Origin: Candidatus Nomurabacteria bacterium RIFCSPHIGHO2_12_FULL_42_19 | Lineage (GTDB): Bacteria > Patescibacteriota > Minisyncoccia > Phycocordibacterales > UBA9973 | Direction: 5' to 3' | DNA: 60,303 nt | NCBI GenBank assembly: GCA_001786955.1 | Contig: MFUM01000002.1 | Location: forward strand, 3,923 to 64,225 | In this document: positions 6,893 through 15,249 of the stretch, piece after piece | Layout of the letters: each line of letters opens with the position of its first letter | Position numbering within the stretch: the stretch's first letter is position 1 | The notes under the pieces: model-generated | What the model was told of the DNA's origin: nothing | The model's input: the letters and a program-made list of their open reading frames with translations, nothing else | The model's database searches: none | Translations under genes and position numbers: made by a program

Positions 6893-8368
6893 ATGCCTGA
6901 TATTATGGAAAAAAAGTATTACCCGACAATTGGTCTTGAAATACACGCGGAATTAAAGACAAACACCAAGATGTTTTGCGCGTGCAAGAATGACCCGGAT
7001 GAGGAAAAACCGAATGTAAATATTTGCCCGGTCTGCATGGCGCATCCGGGAGCATTGCCGGTGCCGAATAAAAAAGCCATTGAAAATGTCATAAAAGTTG
7101 GCTTGGCATTAGGCGGCCAAATTGCCGATTTCACGGAGTTTGATCGCAAGAATTATTTTTATCCGGATATTCCGAAAGGCTACCAGATTTCCCAATATAA
7201 ATATCCGATAGTTTCCGGCGGAAAATTGCTGGGAACAGATATTACTCGTGTGCATTTGGAAGAGGATACAGGAACAAATAAACACATAGATAGCCCCCAG
7301 GTCGGACCTGTGGGCTCCCACAGGTCCGACCTGGGGGCGAATGGGTATTCGCTGATAGATTTCAATCGTGCCGGAGTGCCGCTGATGGAGCTGGTAACAG
7401 AACCGGCAATTCACAGCGCCAAAGAAGCCAGTGATTTTGCCCGTGAACTGCAACTTCTTTTGTGTTATCTTGATGTATCGGAAGCGAATATGGAGAAAGG
7501 AGAAATGAGGGTAGAAGCGAATATTTCCGTTTCACCGGATCCGAAAATTCTTGGCACGAAAGTAGAAGTAAAAAATTTAAATTCTTTCAGAAGCGTCGAG
7601 CGTGCCATCAAATACGAGCTTAATAGAATGACAAAGCTTTTAGAGGAAGGATTGGGAAATGAAATAGTGCAGGAGACTCGTGGCTGGGATGAAAGCAAAA
7701 GTGAAACTTTTTCCCAAAGAAAAAAAGAGGGGAGCGCGGATTACCGCTATTTTCCCGACCCTGATTTGCCGAAAATGAAATTGCATGAAGCATTTGATTT
7801 GGAAAAAATAAAAAAAGAATTGCCGGAACTGCCGGGGGCAAAGCGAGAGAGGTATAGAAAAGATTTTGGAATAAAAGATGAGGATATAGAAGTATATATA
7901 AATGGTTTGGAACTTGCCAAATGGTTTGAAGATGTGGCAAAAATCTTGGCCCAAAAAGATAGTATAAAGATTCTTTCTAACTACGTTACCTCAGATTATC
8001 TTGGATTCAAAAAGAATAACTCAGACATAAAATTACCAAGCTCTAAAAATTTTGTTGAACTTATAAATTTAGTTACAGAAAACAAAATCTCTTCTCGCGC
8101 CGCAAAAGATATTTTGGCAATGATTGTGATAAAAGATGAATCGCCGTTAAAAATCGCGACAGAAAAAGGTTTACTGCAAAGTAGTGACCCGGAAGCATTA
8201 AAAAAAATCGCGCAAAAAATTATTGATGCCAATCCGAAAACCGTAGCGGATTATAAGGGCGGAAAAGAACAGGCCCTTATGTCTCTCGTGGGAGTTATAA
8301 TGAAGGAAACCAAAGGCTCGGCGAATCCATCGGTTGCCAAGCAATTATTAATAGATTTATTGAAATGA
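6893..8368 (+). CDS. gatB: Asp/Glu-tRNA amidotransferase subunit B, carrying an in-frame palindromic insert
   Basis: IGLEIHAEL, CPVC, HLEEDTG, NRAGVPLMELVTEP, and a C-terminal YqeY-like domain. Confidence 0.95.
   Translation: MPDIMEKKYYPTIGLEIHAELKTNTKMFCACKNDPDEEKPNVNICPVCMAHPGALPVPNKKAIENVIKVGLALGGQIADFTEFDRKNYFYPDIPKGYQISQYKYPIVSGGKLLGTDITRVHLEEDTGTNKHIDSPQVGPVGSHRSDLGANGYSLIDFNRAGVPLMELVTEPAIHSAKEASDFARELQLLLCYLDVSEANMEKGEMRVEANISVSPDPKILGTKVEVKNLNSFRSVERAIKYELNRMTKLLEEGLGNEIVQETRGWDESKSETFSQRKKEGSADYRYFPDPDLPKMKLHEAFDLEKIKKELPELPGAKRERYRKDFGIKDEDIEVYINGLELAKWFEDVAKILAQKDSIKILSNYVTSDYLGFKKNNSDIKLPSSKNFVELINLVTENKISSRAAKDILAMIVIKDESPLKIATEKGLLQSSDPEALKKIAQKIIDANPKTVADYKGGKEQALMSLVGVIMKETKGSANPSVAKQLLIDLLK
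7294..7337. repeat. 44-nt perfect palindrome inside gatB
   Basis: CCCCCAGGTCGGACCTGTGGG-ct-CCCACAGGTCCGACCTGGGGG: 21-bp arms, about three quarters G+C, translated as SPQVGPVGSHRSDLGA. Confidence 0.9.
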
Positions 8369-9369
8369 ATAAAGATAAATTAATTGAAACGGTTGCCCGC
8401 CTTGTATCTCCGCCCAAAGGCATTCTTGCCATCGACGAAAGCTTGAGTACCTGCAACAAGCGTTTTGAAAAACTCGGCGTGCCGACGACCGAGGAAAAGC
8501 GCAGGGAATACCGCGAACTCCTGATAACAGCGCCGGAAATGGAGAAATATATTTCCGGTTATATTCTTTTTGACGAAACCATCAGGCAATCCGCAAAAGA
8601 CGGCAAAAGTTTTACTTCTATACTGCAGGCGAAAGGAATAGATATCGGCATAAAAGTTGACCAAGGCTTGATTGATTTCTCGTCGCATCCGGGAGAAAAA
8701 ATTACGCAAGGATTAGAAGGGCTTTCAAGCAGACTCAAGGAATATAAGAATATGGGCGCTACTTTTGCCAAGTGGCGCGTGGTTTATAGCATCGGAGAAA
8801 ATACTCCTTCCGGGGATTGTATGAAAGAAAATGCGGTTATTTTGGTAAAATACGCTCTCATCTGCCAGGAACTGGATATTGTCCCGATTATTGAACCGGA
8901 AGTTTTAATAGATGGCGACCATACAATAGAAAAGTGTTATGAAATTACAGCAGGCAATTTTGACGTGCTTTTTTCCGAATTACGGGATTCAAATGTTTTT
9001 ATTTCCGGCATTGTTTTAAAAACCAGCATGGTGCTCTCCGGGAAAGATGCCGAAGACAAATCTTCTTCCGCTGAAAAAGTCGCGCAGATGACATTACGGT
9101 GCCTGAAGGAACATGTGCCGGAGCATATCGGAGGAATAGTTTTTCTTTCCGGCGGACAAGGCGACGAAGAAGCGGCAATGAATTTGAATACTATGCACCA
9201 GATGGGTTCTCTTCCATGGCCGCTCTCATTTTCTTACGGTCGGGCGATTCAAAATCCCGCTTTTCAGAGTTGGGCGAAGAGTCCTGCTGATATTTCCGGC
9301 GCGCAAGCCCTTCTTCTTGCCGCGGCAAAAAATAACAGCCAGGCTTCAATAGGACAATATAAAAAATAA
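8365..9369 (+). CDS. fba: Class I fructose-bisphosphate aldolase
   Basis: GILAIDES..T..KRFE, IEPEVL, VLKTSMV (Schiff-base Lys region), FSYGRA. Confidence 0.85.
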   Translation: MNKDKLIETVARLVSPPKGILAIDESLSTCNKRFEKLGVPTTEEKRREYRELLITAPEMEKYISGYILFDETIRQSAKDGKSFTSILQAKGIDIGIKVDQGLIDFSSHPGEKITQGLEGLSSRLKEYKNMGATFAKWRVVYSIGENTPSGDCMKENAVILVKYALICQELDIVPIIEPEVLIDGDHTIEKCYEITAGNFDVLFSELRDSNVFISGIVLKTSMVLSGKDAEDKSSSAEKVAQMTLRCLKEHVPEHIGGIVFLSGGQGDEEAAMNLNTMHQMGSLPWPLSFSYGRAIQNPAFQSWAKSPADISGAQALLLAAAKNNSQASIGQYKK

Positions 9370-9370
9370 C

Positions 9371-9688
9371 ATGTTCTGGGTCATACCTTTAATTTTTCTA
9401 ATCCTGTTTGAAATTGTGGCGGATATATTCGCCAAAGAATATTCGCTCAGGGACAATTGGTACTTTTGGGGCGGGGCGCTGCTGGCCTATGTGCTGGCCA
9501 ATATGTTCTGGCTTTGGGCTATTAAAAGCGGTTCGGGCCTGGCGAGAGGTGCGATAATTTTTTCCGTATCTTCAGCCGTTTTGGCAATTATTATCGGTCT
9601 TTACTTTTACGGTGAACAGACTAATAAATTTCAATTTATGGGAATGATATTGGGAGTCCTCGCCTTAATTTTAATTTTTTGGGAATAA
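9371..9688 (+). CDS. Small (105 aa) SMR/DMT-superfamily-like membrane protein
   Basis: Four predicted TM helices with a membrane-embedded Glu in TM1 (LFEIVAD). Confidence 0.5.
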   Translation: MFWVIPLIFLILFEIVADIFAKEYSLRDNWYFWGGALLAYVLANMFWLWAIKSGSGLARGAIIFSVSSAVLAIIIGLYFYGEQTNKFQFMGMILGVLALILIFWE

Positions 9689-9727
9689 AAGTATTCTAAT
9701 ATTCTATAGAATTATAGAATAAATAAA
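9688..9727 (+). promoter_or_regulatory. Operator/promoter module copy A (ATTCTA-ATTCTA-TAGAAT-TAGAAT)
   Basis: Half-sites at 9693, 9701, 9707 and 9715. 35 of 40 positions identical to 9968..10007. The last TAGAAT is placed like a -10. Confidence 0.6.
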
Positions 9728-10002
9728 TTATAAAAAAAACAGATAGACAATTAGAAAGAATAATAAAAGGATTCGCGAATCACAGACGACTGCAGGTTCT
9801 TGAGCTTTTGTATAAAGAACCAGAATTGTCGGTTCAGGAAATTTCTGATAAACTAAAAACAGAATTCAAGAATATTTCTGCTCACATTACTAAAATGGCT
9901 ATTGCTGGGTTGTTGATGAAGAGAAATGAGGGCAATATTGTCCGACACAAACTTACAAATCGTGGTAAAAGTATTCTAAAATTCGTTAGAATTGTAGAAT
10001 AG
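9727..10002 (+). CDS. ArsR/SmtB-like winged-helix regulator, with no canonical start codon for the full-length protein
   Basis: Homology (ERIIKGFANHRRLQVLELL...SVQEIS...NISAHITKM..AGLL) begins right after the in-frame stop at 9724..9726. The first ATG/GTG/TTG is TTG 9808 (ORF track), which would delete helix 1. ATT 9727 lies 6 nt after TAGAAT. Confidence 0.5.
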   Translation: MIKKTDRQLERIIKGFANHRRLQVLELLYKEPELSVQEISDKLKTEFKNISAHITKMAIAGLLMKRNEGNIVRHKLTNRGKSILKFVRIVE

Positions 10003-10007
10003 ATAAA
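9968..10007 (+). promoter_or_regulatory. Operator/promoter module copy B, overlapping the 3' end of the ArsR-like gene
   Basis: ATTCTA 9973, ATTCGT 9981, TAGAAT 9987, TAGAAT 9995, with the same spacing as copy A; upstream of the FAD-oxidase gene. Confidence 0.6.
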
Positions 10008-10021
10008 AATGAAAAATAAAA

Positions 10022-11935
10022 ATGAAAGAAGAGATACAAAAATTTTTTAAAGGGGATACGGACGACAGCGAGGAGACGTTGGTAAAATATTCGCATGATG
10101 CGAGCCTGCTGGAAGTCAGGCCGGAGATTGTGCTTTTTCCGAAAGATTCGGAAGACGTCCAAAATTTGGTAAAATGGGCGGGAGAAAATAAAAATAAATA
10201 TCCCAACCTATCTATCACTCCAAGATGCGCGGGTACGGATATGTCCGGTGGGGCCATTGGGGAATCCATAATTTTAGATTTTAGCCGGTATATGAATAAA
10301 CTGATTGGCGGGCCGTTGCCGATTGATAATCCGCGGGGTTTCCAGATTCCCCATCCTTATCCTAAGCGGAAAAATACGGCTATTCAAAAATTCAAAAATT
10401 ATCCTCTGGTTCCTTCCTATCTTACAACCCAACCCGGGATGTTTTATCGGGATTTTGAAAAAATAACTTTGGAAAAAGGATTGATTTTGCCTTGTTATAC
10501 GGCATCCAAGAGCTTGAATGCGGTGGGGGGGATGTATGGCAATAATTCTGCCGGCGAACGGACTTTGAAATACGGCAAGATAGAGGATTATGTTTTGTCT
10601 GCCAAGGTAGTTTTTGCTGATGGGAATGAATATATTGTAAAGCCATTGACGCAGGATGAATTAAATAAAAAAATTACGCAAGGCGATTTTGAGGGAAACG
10701 TTTATAAAAATATTTTTGAATTGATAAAAGATAATGAAGAAGAAATAAAACAGGCAAAACCGGATGTGCATAAAAATTCCGCAGGATATTATATTTGGAA
10801 TGTAATAAATAATCAGATTGTAAAGAATTCAGAATGGCGTAAGTCCCACCCCGTAATCGGGGAAGGGTCAAGCCAGAGGAATTTTTTACAATCTGATGAA
10901 TTTTTTGACCTTAATAAATTACTTGTTGGTTCGCAGGGGACATTGGGCATTGTCACGGAAATAACTTTCAAGCTGATACCGGATAATAAACACTCGAAAT
11001 TGGTAGTAATTTTCATGAAAGATACGGAAATGCTTGGTCGCCTGGTGGATGAAATTTTAATGCTCAACCCTGAAACGCTTGAAACTTACGACGACAAAAC
11101 GATGAAGCTGGCTGTCAGATTTTTTCCGGATTTTTTGAAAAATAAAGGATTTTTAGGAATGGCTAAATTTATGTGGAGTTTCTTGCCGGAATTTTGGATG
11201 ATGATTACCGGCGGTTTCCCGAAACTGATTCTTCTGGCTGAATTTGCCGGAGATGACGAGGCTGAAGTACATAAGAAATGCGAGGCGCTCAAATCAAAGT
11301 TGAAAATTTTTAATCCCGACGTAAAGTCGGGATCCCGACTAAAAGCGTCGGGGTTAAAAGTCCATATTACCAGAAACGAAACAGAAGCAAATAAATATTG
11401 GGATATCAGAAGAGAAAGCTTCGCGTTATTGCGTAAGCACGTCCAAGGCATGCGCACCGCTCCTTTCATAGATGATATTATCGTTCGTCCGGAATTTTTA
11501 CCTAAATTTCTTCCGGAGCTGAATAATATTTTAAGCAAATACGATTTGACCTATACCTTGGCAGGACATGCCGGCGACGGCAATTTTCACATTATCCCGC
11601 TGATGGATTTCAAGCGTCCCGATACGGCAAAAATAATAATAGAGCTTGGGGAATCCGTGTATGACCTGGTAATAAAATATCACGGCTCAATTACCGCCGA
11701 ACACAATGACGGCCTGATCCGCACGCCCTATTTGCGCAAAATGTATGGAGATAGAATTGTTTTAATTTTTGAAGAGATCAAGAAAATTTTTGACTCCAAA
11801 AACATTTTCAATCCCGGGAAAAAAGTTCCAATTCTAATTCTTAATAAAAGTGGTCCCACCAACGGCGGGGCAGGCACTAAGGAATACATAGCAACACATA
11901 TTGCGGTGGAACATGATGCCAGTCATCATGTTTAG
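10022..11935 (+). CDS. FAD-linked oxidase (GlcD / D-lactate dehydrogenase family) carrying two repeat-element inserts
   Basis: FAD-binding PCMH region PRCAGTDMSGG; C-terminal GHAGDGNFH and GSITAEHNDG. Confidence 0.8.
   Translation: MKEEIQKFFKGDTDDSEETLVKYSHDASLLEVRPEIVLFPKDSEDVQNLVKWAGENKNKYPNLSITPRCAGTDMSGGAIGESIILDFSRYMNKLIGGPLPIDNPRGFQIPHPYPKRKNTAIQKFKNYPLVPSYLTTQPGMFYRDFEKITLEKGLILPCYTASKSLNAVGGMYGNNSAGERTLKYGKIEDYVLSAKVVFADGNEYIVKPLTQDELNKKITQGDFEGNVYKNIFELIKDNEEEIKQAKPDVHKNSAGYYIWNVINNQIVKNSEWRKSHPVIGEGSSQRNFLQSDEFFDLNKLLVGSQGTLGIVTEITFKLIPDNKHSKLVVIFMKDTEMLGRLVDEILMLNPETLETYDDKTMKLAVRFFPDFLKNKGFLGMAKFMWSFLPEFWMMITGGFPKLILLAEFAGDDEAEVHKKCEALKSKLKIFNPDVKSGSRLKASGLKVHITRNETEANKYWDIRRESFALLRKHVQGMRTAPFIDDIIVRPEFLPKFLPELNNILSKYDLTYTLAGHAGDGNFHIIPLMDFKRPDTAKIIIELGESVYDLVIKYHGSITAEHNDGLIRTPYLRKMYGDRIVLIFEEIKKIFDSKNIFNPGKKVPILILNKSGPTNGGAGTKEYIATHIAVEHDASHHV
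10812..10897. repeat. Repeat family C copy 1 (TIR-bearing element inside the FAD oxidase gene)
   Basis: 19-bp TIRs ATCAGATTGTAAAGAATTC / GAATTTTTTACAATCTGAT (1 mismatch) flank the core GGCGTAAGTCCCACCCCG..GGGGAAGGGT.AAGCC, which is shared with 28021..28101. Confidence 0.85.
11315..11361. repeat. Repeat family A copy 1 (double hairpin inside the FAD oxidase gene)
   Basis: CCCGACgtaaaGTCGGG-at-CCCGACtaaaagcGTCGGG-gTTAAAAGT; matches 21282..21328. Confidence 0.85.
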
Positions 11936-11971
11936 GGTTGCTTTTTAAGAATTTTTCTATATACTATCTTT

Positions 11972-12670
11972 ATGTTTGTAATCAAAGCTAAAAAACGGGA
12001 TACGGGAATGAAATCGGAGGGACTCAGAAAAGCAGGGGAAATCCCGGCTGTTTTTTACGGAGCAGGCAAAAACACGACCTCCATTTCAGTTCCCACTATT
12101 CAATTTAAAAAAGTTTGGCGGGAAGTCGGGGAATCTTCAACAGTCAAAATTGAAGTAGGAGAAAAAAATATTGATGTGCTTATCCATGAAGTGCAGGTTG
12201 ACCCGGTAACCGACGAACCGATACACGTGGATTTTTTGGCAATAGATATGAAAAAGAAAATACGCGTTAAAGTGTCGCTTGTTTTTGAGGGCGTATCCAA
12301 TGCCGTCAAAAGCGGAATTGGGAATCTCGTCAAAGTTCTTCATGAAATTGAAATAGAAGCGCTGCCGGCCGACCTGCCGCATAATCTTATCGTTGATATC
12401 TCCAAGCTGGAAACATTGAAAGACCAGGTTTTTATTTCCGATATAAAACTTCCGGCCGGGATTGTCGTTATCAACAGTCCTACCGATGTCGTGGCTTCTA
12501 TCGTCGAACAAGTGGAAGAAAAAGAAGAAGTTGTGGTGCCGGTTGACCTGTCTGCGATAGAAGTGGAAAAGAAAGGCAAGAAAGAAGAAGAGGGGGCAGA
12601 GGGAGCAGAAGCAATTGCACCCGCAAAAGAACCTGTCCGCGCAGGCGGGGAAAAGACAGAAAAAAAGTAA
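11972..12670 (+). CDS. rplY: 50S ribosomal protein L25/Ctc
   Basis: L25 N-domain (GEIPAVFYG) plus Ctc C-domain and an acidic/Lys tail. TATACT at 11960..11965 lies 6 nt upstream. Confidence 0.9.
   Translation: MFVIKAKKRDTGMKSEGLRKAGEIPAVFYGAGKNTTSISVPTIQFKKVWREVGESSTVKIEVGEKNIDVLIHEVQVDPVTDEPIHVDFLAIDMKKKIRVKVSLVFEGVSNAVKSGIGNLVKVLHEIEIEALPADLPHNLIVDISKLETLKDQVFISDIKLPAGIVVINSPTDVVASIVEQVEEKEEVVVPVDLSAIEVEKKGKKEEEGAEGAEAIAPAKEPVRAGGEKTEKK
12631..12656. repeat. Repeat family E copy 1 (in the rplY tail)
   Basis: ACCTGTCCGCGCAGGCGGGGAAAAGA; differs from 58792..58816 only by one extra G. Encodes PVRAGG. Confidence 0.8.
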
Positions 12671-12688
12671 AATTCTTAATTTAATTTA

Positions 12689-12697
12689 TGCTATAAT
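12689..12697 (+). promoter_or_regulatory. Extended -10 (TGcTATAAT) 7 nt upstream of ATG 12705
   Basis: TGCTATAATAAAAACTATGGG is nearly identical to the block at 50981..50999. Confidence 0.6.
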
Positions 12698-12704
12698 AAA
12701 AACT

Positions 12705-14039
12705 ATGGGAAGAAAAACCATAGTTTTTATAGTATTCATATTTGTTTTTTCATCATTTTTCGCGCAAAAAGCAAATGCTGAGTTTGATTGCTTGACATTA
12801 ACCATCACCTCCAACCAGGCACAAAAAGACTATTGCCGCAGCGAATTGAGCCAGATTGAAGCTCAGCTGACAGATTTGTTAAATAAACAGAAAGAACAGC
12901 AAAAACAGACCGGAACGCTCAAGGGAGATGTTGACTATTTAACCAGCCAGATTAACGCTTTAAAGGCAAAAATAAAAGCCCGAGCGCTAATTATTGCCCA
13001 GTTGAAAATAGATATCAGGGAGAAAGCAAACACGATTGAATCTCTTTCGGAAAAAATTGACCGTGAACATGAATCCCTGGCCCAGCTTATCAGAAATACG
13101 AATGAATTTGACGATCAAACCATCGTAAATTTAATTCTTTCTGACGAAAGTGTTTCCAATTTTTACAGCGATCTGGAATCTTATGCTTCCATCAAGCAGG
13201 CGATTAAAGCTTCGGTGGATGTCATCCGAGGAGTGAAAACTCAAACTGAAACTGCAAAACAAGATCTTGAAAAAAAACAAAATGCCGAGACCGACGCGAA
13301 AGTCGAGCTTGAAGCTGCCCAGAAAAAAGTAGCTAAATCCGAAGCCGAAAAAAAACAGCTTCTGGCTATTTCTAAAGAAAAAGAACAAGCATATCAAAAA
13401 TTGGCTGCCGAGAAAAAATCTCGTGCGGATAAAATTCGCGCCGCTTTGTTCCAGCTCCGCGACACCAAGGCTATTCCTTTCGGCACGGCATTGGAATATG
13501 CAAAAGAAGCGCAGAACAGAACCGGCGTCCGTCCAGCATTTTTGCTTGCCATCATAACTCAGGAAACAAATTTAGGCGCAAATATCGGCACTTGCAACCG
13601 CCCGGAAGATCCTCCGTCAAAGAATTGGAAAGCAGTCATGAAGCCGGACCGTGACTTGATGCCTTTTGAAAGAATTACTTCCGCTTTGGGATTCAATCCG
13701 TATTCCATGCCAGTATCGTGTCCTTGGAATGGCGGCTGGGGAGGAGCGATGGGTCCTTCTCAATTTATTCCTTCTACTTGGGAACTTTATGCCAAGAAAG
13801 TTGCAAGTGCCCTGGGCATTGGCGGAATGCCGAATCCATGGGAACCAGAGCATGCTTTTATGGCATCGGCTATTTATCTGGGAGAACTGGGAGCGGACAA
13901 TGGAGGCTATACGGCAGAACGCACTGCGGCGCTTAAATATTATGCCGGCAGCAATTGGAAATTGAAAAAGAATGCATTTTATGGCGACGGTGTTATGAAA
14001 AAAGCCAATAGCATTCAAGCCGATATAGATTTGCTTTAA
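12705..14039 (+). CDS. Secreted coiled-coil protein with a C-terminal lytic transglycosylase (SLT_2/MltB-like) domain
   Basis: Signal peptide MGRKTIVFIVFIFVFSSFFAQKANA, about 230 aa of coiled coil, then ITQETN...GAMGPSQFIPSTW. Confidence 0.65.
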   Translation: MGRKTIVFIVFIFVFSSFFAQKANAEFDCLTLTITSNQAQKDYCRSELSQIEAQLTDLLNKQKEQQKQTGTLKGDVDYLTSQINALKAKIKARALIIAQLKIDIREKANTIESLSEKIDREHESLAQLIRNTNEFDDQTIVNLILSDESVSNFYSDLESYASIKQAIKASVDVIRGVKTQTETAKQDLEKKQNAETDAKVELEAAQKKVAKSEAEKKQLLAISKEKEQAYQKLAAEKKSRADKIRAALFQLRDTKAIPFGTALEYAKEAQNRTGVRPAFLLAIITQETNLGANIGTCNRPEDPPSKNWKAVMKPDRDLMPFERITSALGFNPYSMPVSCPWNGGWGGAMGPSQFIPSTWELYAKKVASALGIGGMPNPWEPEHAFMASAIYLGELGADNGGYTAERTAALKYYAGSNWKLKKNAFYGDGVMKKANSIQADIDLL

Positions 14040-14068
14040 AGCTAAAATTATGATAATATTTTTTGACA

Positions 14069-14287
14069 ATGAAAAAAGATATACATCCGAAATACAATAT
14101 AAAGACCAAAGCAACCTGCGCCTGCGGGGCGGTTTTTGAAGTTGGCTCTACTGTGCCTGAAATCAAAATGGAAATCTGCAGCCAATGCCACCCTTTTTAT
14201 ACGGGTAATGAAAAAATTATGGATACTGCCGGACGCGTGGAGAGATTCAATAAGCGTAGAGCTGCTACGGCAAAAGTTAAGAAGTAA
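14069..14287 (+). CDS. rpmE: 50S ribosomal protein L31
   Basis: MKKDIHPKY...[10 protein letters not shown]. Confidence 0.95.
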   Translation: MKKDIHPKYNIKTKATCACGAVFEVGSTVPEIKMEICSQCHPFYTGNEKIMDTAGRVERFNKRRAATAKVKK

Positions 14288-14305
14288 GTCCATTTTGAAT
14301 GTACT

Positions 14306-14380
14306 TTTTAGAGCACGAATATTTTTCTGCTGAAAAATTTCTCAAGACTCGGCTCGTCAGCCTCCGTAGCCTCCAAAAAG
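14306..14380 (+). repeat. Repeat family F copy 2 (between rpmE and prfA)
   Basis: Aligns with 3835..3913 (TTTTCTGyTGAAAA.TTT.CTCArGACTCrGCTCGTCrGCyTCCGTAGCC..TCCAAAAA). Confidence 0.7.
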
Positions 14381-14406
14381 CATATTCAAAATTACCCTAA
14401 AATTAT

Positions 14407-15219
14407 ATGGATTGGCAAGAGTGGAAAAAAAATAAAGAAAATTCAGGGATAAAAGAATCGGGAACAGAGGAATTCCCGAATGAAATAGTGTTGGAAGTGC
14501 GGGCGGGCGCCGGCGGAGACGAAGCCTCGCTTTTCGCCTGGGAACTTGCGCATATGTATGAAAAATTTGCCGAAGCACAAGACTGGCTTTGGAAAGTTAA
14601 TTATGAATCAAAAAGCGATTTGAACGGCTACAAAGAAGCGAGTTTTGAAATAAAAGGAAAGGATGTTTTTAAAAAAATGCGTTACGAAACCGGCGTGCAC
14701 CGGGTGCAGAGAATTCCGGCAACCGAAAAAAACGGCCGGGTGCATACTTCCACTGCTTCGGTGGCTGTGCTTCCAATCAGAAAAAAAATAACTTTCCAAA
14801 TAAATCCAGCTGATTTTGAAATGGAATATTCTCGTTCCGGCGGAAAAGGCGGACAGAATGTAAACAAAGTTGAGACAGCAGTGCGCATCATCCATAAGCC
14901 GACGGGACTTGATGTTCGTTCCACTAACGAGCGAAGCCAATTAACAAACAGAGAAAAAGCGATGATGATTTTAACGGCAAAACTTCAGCAGCTGGAAGAA
15001 GAAAAAGAAGCCAGCAAGCATGCCGGTATCCGGAAGAATCAAATCGGCACCGGCGACCGCTCGGAAAAAATTCGTACTTATAATTTTCCGCAGGACCGCG
15101 TGACCGACCACCGCATCAAAAAATCCTGGCACAACCTGCCGAAAATAATGGAAGGGGATATCGGAAACATCATTGCCGACATAGAATCCGGCGCGGTGGG
15201 AGACGAAAGCGAAGAGTAA
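14407..15219 (+). CDS. prfA: Peptide chain release factor 1 lacking N-terminal domain 1
   Basis: PAT tripeptide (RIPATEKNGRVHTS) and GGQ (SGGKGGQNVNK). The protein starts about 15 aa before the LEVRAGAGGDEA block. Only 120 nt separate it from rpmE. Confidence 0.85.
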   Translation: MDWQEWKKNKENSGIKESGTEEFPNEIVLEVRAGAGGDEASLFAWELAHMYEKFAEAQDWLWKVNYESKSDLNGYKEASFEIKGKDVFKKMRYETGVHRVQRIPATEKNGRVHTSTASVAVLPIRKKITFQINPADFEMEYSRSGGKGGQNVNKVETAVRIIHKPTGLDVRSTNERSQLTNREKAMMILTAKLQQLEEEKEASKHAGIRKNQIGTGDRSEKIRTYNFPQDRVTDHRIKKSWHNLPKIMEGDIGNIIADIESGAVGDESEE

Positions 15220-15249
15220 AAACTGAAAATAAAACATTATAATTTTTTC

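Noticed and set aside
14330-14372. Hammerhead-ribozyme-like string CTGACGAG...GAAA on the minus strand of repeat F copy 2
   Set aside because: The CUGA box is not conserved in copy 1 (CCGACGAG), and no stem II hairpin can be drawn between the boxes.
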